Below, one piece after another: positions 1-9,089 of a DNA stretch of 31,727 nt; positions within the stretch are counted from its first letter, which is position 1; each line of letters starts with the position of its first letter. The notes under the pieces are model-generated. The model was given only the letters and a program-made list of their open reading frames with translations. It did no database searches and had not been told where the DNA came from. The stretch is from Armatimonadota bacterium. Lineage in GTDB: Bacteria; Armatimonadota; Zipacnadia; Zipacnadales; UBA5352. The DNA is taken from the NCBI GenBank assembly GCA_034722055.1, contig JAYENL010000184.1, positions 1 through 31,727 on the forward strand, in the 5' to 3' direction. The position numbers and the translations under genes were made by a program.

Positions 1-48
1 GACCTCCTGCTTGCAAAGCAGGTGCTCTCCCGATTGAGCTACGTCCCC
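1..48 (-). tRNA. tRNA-Ala(TGC), 5' part only (truncated by the window edge)
   Basis: Reverse complement GGGGACGTAGCTCAATCGGGAGAGCACCTGCTTTGCAAGCAGGAGGTC gives acceptor 5' strand, D arm and anticodon arm with TGC; typical position after tRNA-Ile in a 16S-23S spacer. Confidence 0.95.
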
Positions 49-160
49 AAGCCGCTTCCTGAGGTCCAGCGCGCTACGGCCCTCCAAGCCGTTGTCCCGG
101 TGAGCCAGGCCCGACCGGGACTGTGCCACCCACAGCGCGCCGGAAAGCGACGGCTGCCTG

Positions 161-237
161 TGGTGGGCCCACCTGGATTTGAACCAGGGACCTCGCCCTT
201 ATCAGGGGCGCGCTCTGACCGACTGAGCTATGGGCCC
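161..237 (-). tRNA. tRNA-Ile(GAT)
   Basis: Reverse complement GGGCCCATAGCTCAGTCGGTCAGAGCGCGCCCCTGATAAGGGCGAGGTCCCTGGTTCAAATCCAGGTGGGCCCACCA: full cloverleaf, GAT anticodon, encoded CCA. Confidence 0.97.
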
Positions 238-677
238 TCAGGTCAGGTAGCACTGGGCGAGATCTCATCCGCGCGCGGGCCTTACCACGGGCGTACACCT
301 TGTGCCGGGCTCTGGTCGGCGGCGATCCGCCGATCGGCTGTCGCGGCGGGGAAAGCGCGCGCAGCCGACAGTGAGCCCCGCGGCTGGCCGCATTGCGCCG
401 CTGCCGTCCACGCGGCGTCAGTTGCGCCACGCTCAGTGCGGGGGCTGACCGTGGCACAGCGGCCGCCGTGTTCCCCGGGGTGCAGGGGAGGCAGAAGGCT
501 CTGCCTTGGGCCTGCCGCGCCGCATCGGACCCGATCTGCTTACCCGCATGCGCAGGGCGCCTGCGGACCCAGTGCCCAACATCGTCTCAAGGTTCGCTTC
601 CAACTGATATGGTGCTCGGACAGTCCGCCCCCACGACCTGGCGCCATGGTCCTGCGCGGAGCGTGGGGGCTGACAGA

Positions 678-723
678 GCGCGATCGCTGACAACTGAATA
701 GCGTGCTGGCCACGACACCAGAG
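678..723 (-). other. 3' strand of the 16S precursor processing stem
   Basis: 688-705 (TGACAACTGAATAGCGTG) is the exact reverse complement of 2377-2394 in the leader; imperfect pairing extends on both sides (709-723 with 2359-2372). Confidence 0.8.
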
Positions 724-764
724 ATCAACCTGATCTGTGACGGCTCGAGGCCGTCCAGACTGCT

Positions 765-2301
<1,537 letters not shown>

Positions 2302-2358
2302 AATCCTGCTCTCCCCATCACCGGGCCAGCGACCCGGCGCGGGGCCTAGAACCTTGGG

Positions 2359-2404
2359 CTCTGGCGTGTGGCTTCGCACGCTATTCAGTTGTCAATGATC
2401 ACGC
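2359..2404 (-). promoter_or_regulatory. rRNA leader: boxA-like element and 5' strand of the processing stem
   Basis: Minus-strand TGATCATTGACAACTGAATAG resembles rrn boxA-type leader sequence and is complementary to 678-723. Confidence 0.65.
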
Positions 2405-2441
2405 TTTTCGTCGTCCTGCGAATCTCTCGTTGCGGACGATG

Positions 2442-2470
2442 AGTATATCATCTGCCGCCCCCGCTGTCAA
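2442..2470 (-). promoter_or_regulatory. rrn promoter P2 (sigma70 type)
   Basis: TTGACA (2470-2465), 17-bp spacer, TATACT (2447-2442), with a TGn extended -10. Confidence 0.85.
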
Positions 2471-2546
2471 GGGTCTCTTTCGAGTTATCTCCGCGATTGT
2501 TGCCAGCGTGGCTCCTCACTCATTGCCTCTCGCGAGACGCATAGGT

Positions 2547-2575
2547 ACTATATCAACTGCTCCGAGGCCTGTCAA
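2547..2575 (-). promoter_or_regulatory. rrn promoter P1 (sigma70 type)
   Basis: TTGACA (2575-2570), 17-bp spacer, TATAGT (2552-2547), with a TGn extended -10. Confidence 0.85.
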
Positions 2576-2729
2576 GGGCCCCTTGCCAGTTGCTCGATGC
2601 GCCCACTCACCGCTCAGAAGCAGCGCCTGAAAGGGCGTAGCTGACAGGCAGATTTCGGCGCCCACGCCAGCGGTCGGAGCCCGGCAGTGCCCGCTGGCCC
2701 GCCGGCGGGCAGGGACCCCGTGACGCACG

Positions 2730-3755
2730 CTACCAGACCAGCAGTCCGGTCGTATCGATGGCCACGTCGAAGACCTGCGCGCCGGCCTCGGCGAGGGCTT
2801 GGGCCACTCGGAAGTCCGACGGCGGCGGGCAGTAGAACATCAGCGTCCCCCCGCCGCCCGCTCCGCAGACTCGCCCCCCGGTCGCGCCGTGCTCCATGGC
2901 CAGCTCATACAGCTCCTCGATGGCGTCGTTGGTCACGCTGGGATGCAGGTGCTGGTGAAGCTCCCAGACCTCCGAGAGCAGCGGCCCCAGCTCCTCCAGC
3001 CGCCCGTCCAGGACCGCATGCCGCATCCGCTCCGCGCACCCGCTCATACCCCGCAGCGCGTCCAGAACCTCGCTGCGTCCCTCATGGAAGCCCTCGGCGA
3101 CTGCGTGCAGGATGTTGCCTGCGGGCCGCGAGATGCCTGAGTAGCAGACCACGAGGGCCCGCTCGAGGGCCGCCCGCTGCGGCCCGGTGAGGGGCAGCTC
3201 GCTGATCTCCACGCCGTAGCCCGAGGCCTCCGGCCAGTAGCGCATGTGCTTCACCCCGCCGCCGGTGACCGGGGAGTACTGGTCCTGCCACCCGTAGGTG
3301 GTCTTCAGGGCCACGGTCTCGCAGTCGATCGCCAGCCGGGCCATCTCGTGCGGCATCATCCGCCAGCCGGTGAGGGCATTGAGGGCCGCGATGATGCAGG
3401 TGGCGATGGTCGAGGATGACCCCAGACCCGCGCCGCCGGGCATCTGAGAGTAGGTGGTGAGCTCCACGCCCCCCGGCAACTCGAAGCGTCGCACGATCTC
3501 CTGGGCCAGACCCAGCTCCCCCTCGGGGTCCAGCTCCTGGTGTGAGGCCACCTCCACGCGCAGGTCGTCGTGGTCGGGGGCGTTAAAGATGATTCGGCCG
3601 TCACCTCGCGGCGTCGCCGTGGCGTAGATGTACTTGTTGATGGTCGCGTTGACAATGCTGCCGCCGAACTGCTTGCAGGCGGGGAGATAGTCGGTCATCC
3701 CCACGAAGTCCACTCGCAGCGGCGAGCGTACGTTCACCGTCCGCGGCTCCTGCAT
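2730..3755 (-). CDS. GHMP-family sugar kinase (HddA / fucokinase-like)
   Basis: Motifs SPLRVDFVGMTD, NATINKY, PGGAGLGSSS, GWQDQY and GAGGGG. Start set at ATG 3755 behind a GAGGGGA SD; 341 aa. Confidence 0.85.
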   Translation of the reverse strand: MQEPRTVNVRSPLRVDFVGMTDYLPACKQFGGSIVNATINKYIYATATPRGDGRIIFNAPDHDDLRVEVASHQELDPEGELGLAQEIVRRFELPGGVELTTYSQMPGGAGLGSSSTIATCIIAALNALTGWRMMPHEMARLAIDCETVALKTTYGWQDQYSPVTGGGVKHMRYWPEASGYGVEISELPLTGPQRAALERALVVCYSGISRPAGNILHAVAEGFHEGRSEVLDALRGMSGCAERMRHAVLDGRLEELGPLLSEVWELHQHLHPSVTNDAIEELYELAMEHGATGGRVCGAGGGGTLMFYCPPPSDFRVAQALAEAGAQVFDVAIDTTGLLVW

Positions 3756-3778
3756 TTGTGTCCCCTCTCTGCCGTCTG

Positions 3779-4855
3779 TCACCCCAGCGCCCTGATGCTC
3801 TGTACGAGCTGCTCGATGCCCTCGGGACCCTCCACGACACCGATGGTGATGGTGTAGCTTCGGCTCTCCCCCGGCTCCATCACCTGCAGCGTGCCGCGCT
3901 CCCGCTCCGCCGGCCGGCCCTCCACGTGGCAGTTCGCCGGCTCGATCCCCATGACGTAGGTGCCCTGTCCGGGCATCTTCCACTGCACCAGATAGGGGAG
4001 CTCGTTGACGTTGAGATTGAAGTAGACCCCCACCCCCGCGCCAAGCTCCCGGTTGATCACCGCCACCTGGGTGCTGCCGTCCTCGGCGGCGTGCAACTGG
4101 TGGTAGTAGACCCGCTCATCGATCTGCTGGGGGGCGGCGAAGCCGGCGTGGCTCTCCACCGTCTCCTGCGCGAACTCCTCCTGCCCCGCCACCTCCCGGC
4201 TCGGCGCCACCAGCTCCGTGCTCGCATCCATGAGCGGAAAGCCCAGGTTGCAGTGGTACACGATCATGTGCTCCTGGGGCTGGAAGCCCTGGTTCTCCAC
4301 CACGTCCTGTATGTGGATGACAGGGTGGCCGAGCATCGACGAGATGCGCCTGGTCAGCACCATGTTGGGGCCGAACACCGAGGCCTCGCGCATCTGGCCC
4401 TCCGCGTACATCAGGTAGTCGCCGTCGTGCCAGCTCGCGCCCGAGGAGACGTGCCTGGCCGGAGTGTAGGAGATCCGCCCGTGCAGGCCCAGCTCCTCCT
4501 CGCCGTCGGTCGCGGGCGCGCCGGCGTAGGTCAGGCCGCAGGTGGTGACCAGCCCGCCGTGGAAGCCTCGCAGCCAGCCCAGCCCCTCCGGCTCGAAGTA
4601 TGACGCCGCGGGCACGCCGGTGCTTGACTGCCAGGCCAGCGGGTAGCTGCGATAGGTCGCCTGGCCGATGTCCATGCCCCGTCCCGCCAGCACGGTGTAG
4701 TCCAGGCCCCCGCCGGTGCGGCACTCGAATGCGTCCACGCCCTTCTCATTGCCGTCGGCGAGGGTGATGCGGCGCACCCCGCCGACCTGATCCATGCAGC
4801 CCACCCGTTGGGTGAGCTCCTCGCGGGTGTAGCTCCTTCCGTAGAGCTCAGGCAT
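3779..4855 (-). CDS. Aldose 1-epimerase-like protein (DUF4432 type)
   Basis: 358 aa; RGMDI, GGLVTTCGL, LHGRIS, YHCNLGFP and MGIEPAN motifs; GGGAGG SD. Confidence 0.85.
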   Translation of the reverse strand: MPELYGRSYTREELTQRVGCMDQVGGVRRITLADGNEKGVDAFECRTGGGLDYTVLAGRGMDIGQATYRSYPLAWQSSTGVPAASYFEPEGLGWLRGFHGGLVTTCGLTYAGAPATDGEEELGLHGRISYTPARHVSSGASWHDGDYLMYAEGQMREASVFGPNMVLTRRISSMLGHPVIHIQDVVENQGFQPQEHMIVYHCNLGFPLMDASTELVAPSREVAGQEEFAQETVESHAGFAAPQQIDERVYYHQLHAAEDGSTQVAVINRELGAGVGVYFNLNVNELPYLVQWKMPGQGTYVMGIEPANCHVEGRPAERERGTLQVMEPGESRSYTITIGVVEGPEGIEQLVQSIRALG

Positions 4856-4959
4856 CGTCAGACCCTCCCGGCCAGCGAATGCGTTCTCGGCTGCGATTCA
4901 TAATGCAGCAAGGTTGTGGTTCGCCAGCTATTGCGTCGGCGCCTTCTACGGCGTGCCAC

Positions 4960-5754
4960 CTACAGCCGTGCGACGATCTCACCGTAGCCCCACAGGCGCA
5001 GGTAGATGCAGGCGGCTGCCAGCACCGCTGAACCGATGAGCAGCACCACGTCCCCGGCGTCCCAGCGATACTCGTAGTACTCCGTGCGACCACTCGACGC
5101 CGCCGCCAGGCCGCGCGACTCCAGCGCCCGCGTCATGTCATCCGCCGATCGCATGGCATACGCCAGGATCGGCACGATCAGCGGCACGTAGCGTCGCAGT
5201 CTCGTCAGCAGACCACCTGAGTGCAGGTCCAGGCCCCGCGCCATCTGCGCCTGGGTCACCGTGTGTGCCGTCTCCATGAGCATGGGCACCAGCCGGAAGG
5301 TCAGCGACAGCGCCAGCGTGGCGGTAGCCGGGATCCCGATCCGTCGCAGCGCGTAGGTGAACTCCTCCGGCCGGGTGCTGGTGACGTAGGCCACGCCGAT
5401 CATCAGCAGCGCATTCAGTCGCAGGCCCATGGCGACGCCGTACTGCAGCGACGTCGGCGAGGCGTACAGCGGCCCCACTCTCCAGACGGCCTCCCGCTCC
5501 GGCAGCATCAGCGTCCACAGCAGCGCGCTCATGATCAGCAGTATCGCGCCGAGGCCCGCCACCCGCGCCAGGCTGGGCAGCGCCGCCGACGCCACCACCA
5601 GCAGCAGCGTCAGGGCCGCAGCGCCCAGCGCCCACAGGGGATGATTGAAGGCCAGCGGAATCACGAAGAGCGGCCCCAGCGCCAGCAGCTTGGCCACCGG
5701 ATGGCGCCGGTGCGCCGGCGAATCCACATGTCGGTAGAGCGAAAGTCTCATCAT
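4960..5754 (-). CDS. ecfT: ECF transporter T component (EcfT/CbiQ family)
   Basis: 264 aa, multiple TM segments, two coupling motifs (MARG and ESRG); lies next to an ECF ATPase. Confidence 0.9.
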   Translation of the reverse strand: MMRLSLYRHVDSPAHRRHPVAKLLALGPLFVIPLAFNHPLWALGAAALTLLLVVASAALPSLARVAGLGAILLIMSALLWTLMLPEREAVWRVGPLYASPTSLQYGVAMGLRLNALLMIGVAYVTSTRPEEFTYALRRIGIPATATLALSLTFRLVPMLMETAHTVTQAQMARGLDLHSGGLLTRLRRYVPLIVPILAYAMRSADDMTRALESRGLAAASSGRTEYYEYRWDAGDVVLLIGSAVLAAACIYLRLWGYGEIVARL

Positions 5755-5763
5755 CGTGCACTC

Positions 5764-5931
5764 TCAGTTCGACAACTCCAGGTCCCGCAACAGCCTCATG
5801 AGGGCGTCCATGGCGGGATCACCCAGAAGCACCACGATGGCCGCCGCCAGCAGCGCCCACAGGATCAGCGCTCCCGGGCTCCGCCACCACGGGATCCGGC
5901 TTCGCCCGTGTGGGTCACGCTCGATCTTCAT
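5764..5931 (-). CDS. Small single-TM membrane protein (55 aa)
   Basis: MKIERDPHGRSRIPWWRSPGALILWALLAAAIVVLLGDPAMDALMRLLRDLELSN; GGAGGGG SD; fills the gap between the ATPase and EcfT genes. Confidence 0.6.
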   Translation of the reverse strand: MKIERDPHGRSRIPWWRSPGALILWALLAAAIVVLLGDPAMDALMRLLRDLELSN

Positions 5932-5951
5932 CGGCACCCCCTCCGCTTGCA

Positions 5952-7649
5952 TCATGTGCGGACGATGCACTCGGCCGCCTCATCCACCGACAGCAGCGTT
6001 CGATCGGCCATGTCCTGCGAGAGCCGTGCCACGGCGGGCGCCACCTGTCCCGTGCGCGTCAGCAGCTCCGCGTCCGCGAACAGGTCGCGCACCGGCCGGT
6101 CCGCCACCAGCCGCCCCTCGTCCAGCACCACCGCCCGGCGTGCGTACTCCGCCGCCGCCCAGGTGCAGTGGGTGATCACCAGCACCGTCTGGCCGTCGTC
6201 GTTGAGTCGCGCGAGCAGGTCCATCATCGCCCGCTGCTGCAGCCCGTCCAGGCCCGTGGTCGGCTCGTCAAAGACGATGACGCGCGGCTGACACGCCAGC
6301 ACCGAGGCCAGCGCCACCCGCTGCCGCTCGCCCTTGGTGAGCACGAAGGGATCGCGCTCCTCCCAGCCGGCCAGGTCGGCGACCTCCAGAGCCCGGCTCA
6401 CCCGCTCTGAGACCTGATCCTCGGGCACCCCGAGATTGCGCGGACCGAAGGCCACCTCCTCCCGGACCGTGGACGCGAAGATCTGGTGGTCCGGGTTCTG
6501 GAACAGGTAGCCCACCTGCTGGGCAAGCTCGCGGCTCGGAGCCTCCCGAGTGTCCTGCCCGGCGATCCGCACGGTGCCGGAGGTGGGGTGCAGCAGCCCG
6601 TTGAGGTGCCGGGCCAGCGTGCTCTTCCCCGAGCCGTTCTCGCCCAGGATCACCACGAACTCGCCCTCGCGGACGCTCAGGCTGACCTCCTCCAGCGCGG
6701 GAGCGTCGCCCTCGGGGTAGGTGAAGGTCAGGTCCTGCACCTCAATGATGACATCGCCCTCTGGCCCGCGGTCCTCCCTCGCCAGTGTCTCGTATCGAGC
6801 CTCGTCGAGCGCCCAGCCTTGCGCCCTCAGCGCCTCCGCCGCCGCCATCGGCGTCAGGGGCCGCTGGCTGAGGCCGAGGCGCTCGAACAGCTCCGGCATC
6901 TGCAATGGAAGGACGCCGAGCTCCCGGCACCGCCCGGGGTCGCGCAGCAGCTCCGCCGGCGGGCCGCCGAAGGCCTTCTCGCCATCGCGCAGCGTGAGCA
7001 GCGTGTCCGCCGCAAGCGCGTCGGACGCCTTGTGTTCGGCAACGAGCAGCGTCACACCGCGGTCCCTCAGCTCGCCGAGCACCTCCGCAAGCCGCTGCTT
7101 GCCGCGCGGGTCGAGGTCGGTGGTCGGCTCGTCCAGCACCAGCACCGACGGCTCCGGCGCCAGCACCGCCGCCAGCGCCAGGCGCTGCTTCTGCCCGCCG
7201 GAGAGTGTGCTGGGCTCTCGGCCCCGCAGCTCGCTCAGCCCCACCAGCTCCAGGGCCTCGGCGACCCGGCGGCGCATCTGCTCACGGGGCATCCCGGCGT
7301 TCTCGAGGCCGAGGGCCACCTCCCGCTCCACGTCGCTGGCGAGCAGTTGGGCCTCGAAGTCCTGGAAGAGGGCGCCGACGCGCTGGGCCACCTCATGCAC
7401 GGGCCGACCGCTGATCCGCTGGCCCCCGATGCGCACCTCGCCCGCGAACTGCCCCGGCTGCATGGCGGGGATAACCCCGTTCAGGCACAGGCAGAGGGTG
7501 GACTTCCCCGCCCCGGTGCGCCCCATCAGCCAGCCCTGCTCGCCGGCTTGCAGCGCCAGGGAGACGTCGCGGAGCGCGGGTCGCTCACCGCCGCGATAGG
7601 TGAAGGTGAGGCCGTCCGCCTCGACCGCATCGCCAGCCTCTGCGGTCAC
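5952..7649 (-). CDS. ECF transporter fused tandem ATPase (EcfA-EcfA' type)
   Basis: 565 aa; two Walker A motifs (GRTGAGKST, GENGSGKST), signatures LSGGQKQR and LTKGERQR, two DEPTT motifs, FQNPDHQ Q-loop; GTG start overlaps the upstream stop. Confidence 0.93.
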   Translation of the reverse strand: MTAEAGDAVEADGLTFTYRGGERPALRDVSLALQAGEQGWLMGRTGAGKSTLCLCLNGVIPAMQPGQFAGEVRIGGQRISGRPVHEVAQRVGALFQDFEAQLLASDVEREVALGLENAGMPREQMRRRVAEALELVGLSELRGREPSTLSGGQKQRLALAAVLAPEPSVLVLDEPTTDLDPRGKQRLAEVLGELRDRGVTLLVAEHKASDALAADTLLTLRDGEKAFGGPPAELLRDPGRCRELGVLPLQMPELFERLGLSQRPLTPMAAAEALRAQGWALDEARYETLAREDRGPEGDVIIEVQDLTFTYPEGDAPALEEVSLSVREGEFVVILGENGSGKSTLARHLNGLLHPTSGTVRIAGQDTREAPSRELAQQVGYLFQNPDHQIFASTVREEVAFGPRNLGVPEDQVSERVSRALEVADLAGWEERDPFVLTKGERQRVALASVLACQPRVIVFDEPTTGLDGLQQRAMMDLLARLNDDGQTVLVITHCTWAAAEYARRAVVLDEGRLVADRPVRDLFADAELLTRTGQVAPAVARLSQDMADRTLLSVDEAAECIVRT

Positions 7650-8509
7650 TCCTCGTCACTCTCGCCGGGCGGCTCCTCCGGCTCGATGGGCGGGATGGGC
7701 TCGGTGGGAACCTGTGCGGACAACGGCGACATCAGCACCGCGCCGATGATCAGCACTACAGTCCCCACGCCGCCGGTGAGGACCTGGGGGGCCAGGAGGC
7801 TCTTGCCCTCGGGCATGCCCAGGCCCGCAGCAACGACGCCCGCCAGCGCCACGAAGATGGCGGCCAGCAGGCCCAGACCCGCTCCGGCCCAGGTCAGAAT
7901 CATGCCGGCCCAGCCGATCCGGCCGGAGCTGTACTCGGCCGCGTCCAGGATATCCGTGTACAGCAGACCGAAGGAGTGGGCCAGGGGGTAGAGGATCGGG
8001 AGCAGGATGGCCGCCACGATGGTGCCGATGATGGCGTTGTTGGCGGAGATCACCAGGGCCAGGACCCGGTAGGGATACAGTCCCATCGCGCCAGCGCCGA
8101 AGCCGATGGTCACGCCGCAGCACAGCGCCCCGGCCACGGCGCAGACGATGAACCAGGGAAGCTGCCGCGCGGAGCCGTCCGCGGGCTGGTCCCCGCGCAG
8201 GACCCTCCACATGCGGTATGGCACATAGGCCAGCAGGAAGTTGCCGATGAACCCAGGGATGCTTCCTGGGCCGAACATGCCGCCGAACACGTCGCCCACG
8301 ACATTCCCGAAGGCCGACCCCCAGGCCGCCGCGGGCCCGAACAGCAGCCCGCAGACCACCGGCAGACCCGCGCCGGGACGCACCTCAGTGAAGCCGGGGA
8401 TGATCGGCGCGATCTTGAAGGGCATCATCACGGCGGCGTAGGCGGCGCCTGACAGCGCCACCAGCACGACCATCTTGGTGTGCCGCCACATCGTAATGGC
8501 GTCAAGCAT
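7646..8509 (-). CDS. ECF transporter S component (QueT-like), C-terminally extended
   Basis: 287 aa hydrophobic protein with A-x-x-x-A-A-Y and EVRP...LLFGP-A-A-W-G patterns of S components; GGAGG SD before ATG 8509; heads the ATPase/EcfT run. Confidence 0.75.
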   Translation of the reverse strand: MLDAITMWRHTKMVVLVALSGAAYAAVMMPFKIAPIIPGFTEVRPGAGLPVVCGLLFGPAAAWGSAFGNVVGDVFGGMFGPGSIPGFIGNFLLAYVPYRMWRVLRGDQPADGSARQLPWFIVCAVAGALCCGVTIGFGAGAMGLYPYRVLALVISANNAIIGTIVAAILLPILYPLAHSFGLLYTDILDAAEYSSGRIGWAGMILTWAGAGLGLLAAIFVALAGVVAAGLGMPEGKSLLAPQVLTGGVGTVVLIIGAVLMSPLSAQVPTEPIPPIEPEEPPGESDEE

Positions 8510-8581
8510 CACTGACACCTCCGCTGAGCGTTGCCGCGTCGCACAATTCGACGGGTCGGGCGCACGCCCTTCCTTACCGCA

Positions 8582-8660
8582 ACCTCACCCCTCGGAGTTT
8601 GCGTGCAAACTCCGCCTCCCCTCTCCCTGGCGGGCTGTGCCCGCAGGCGGGAGAGGGGAA
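8582..8660 (+). repeat. Palindromic repeat element, family A, copy 1
   Basis: ACCTCACCCCT[hairpin CGGAGTTTGC-GT-GCAAACTCCG]CCTCCCCTCTCCCTGGCG[hairpin]CGCAGGCGGGAGAGGGGAA; same scaffold inverted at 9090-9170. Confidence 0.75.
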
Positions 8661-8682
8661 TGCGACGGCGACGACAAACGGC

Positions 8683-8714
8683 CGGCGGGCAAGGCTGCCC
8701 GCGGCTCCGTACGA
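8683..8714 (-). repeat. REP-like element, GGAG/GCCT-loop family, copy 1
   Basis: TCGTACGGAG CCGCGGGCA GCCT TGCCCGCCG (8 of 9 stem pairs). Confidence 0.75.
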
Positions 8715-8727
8715 TACCATATGCCGC

Positions 8728-8750
8728 GTAGGTCGGGCTTCCAGCCCGAC
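8728..8750 (+). repeat. GTAG-type REP element
   Basis: GTAG GTCGGGCT TCC AGCCCGAC; a 22/23 identical copy lies at 10685-10707. Confidence 0.8.
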
Positions 8751-8801
8751 GGCGGTACCCCAATCTCCGCCCGGGCAGCAGGCGCCGCCCCTCTGCCGTA
8801 C

Positions 8802-9033
8802 CTTACCTTTACCCACATCGTGGCGACTGGCGATTCGCTGTTTGCCGTCCGGAGGGGCCGTCTGAGGCTCCAGCATATTTCGCTGGAGCCGAAGCCGGCC
8901 CGGCCGTTGGCCGTCCAGGCCGCCGATTGCGTCACTTCGCCTGCAGCGGGCCGACTTCGCGCGCTCCTGAGGAGCGCCCTCAGGCGGCCCCTCCACGGCC
9001 AACAGCCCTCCGCAACTTGTGGGTAAAGGTAAG
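8802..9033. mobile_element. MITE (232 bp) with IS50/Tn5-like ends
   Basis: Perfect 16-bp terminal inverted repeats CTTACCTTTACCCACA (8802-8817, 9018-9033) flanked by 9-bp direct repeats CTGCCGTAC (8793-8801, 9034-9042); too short to encode a transposase. Confidence 0.9.
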
Positions 9034-9036
9034 CTG

Positions 9037-9068
9037 CCGTACGGAGGCGCGGCGTGCCTACGCCGCGC
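9037..9068 (+). repeat. REP-like element, GGAG/GCCT-loop family, copy 2
   Basis: CCGTACGGAG GCGCGGCGT GCCT ACGCCGCGC (perfect 9-bp stem). Confidence 0.78.
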
Positions 9069-9089
9069 GCAGTTGACGCCCGGAGGTTC

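Noticed and set aside
1..48. Absence of 23S/5S as a sign of an unlinked rRNA operon
   Set aside because: The operon runs off the window edge inside tRNA-Ala; the order 16S-Ile-Ala is the standard linked layout.
8475..9026. 183-aa ORF ending in the MITE right TIR as a transposase remnant
   Set aside because: It starts outside the element, crosses several repeats and shows no DDE-like sequence.
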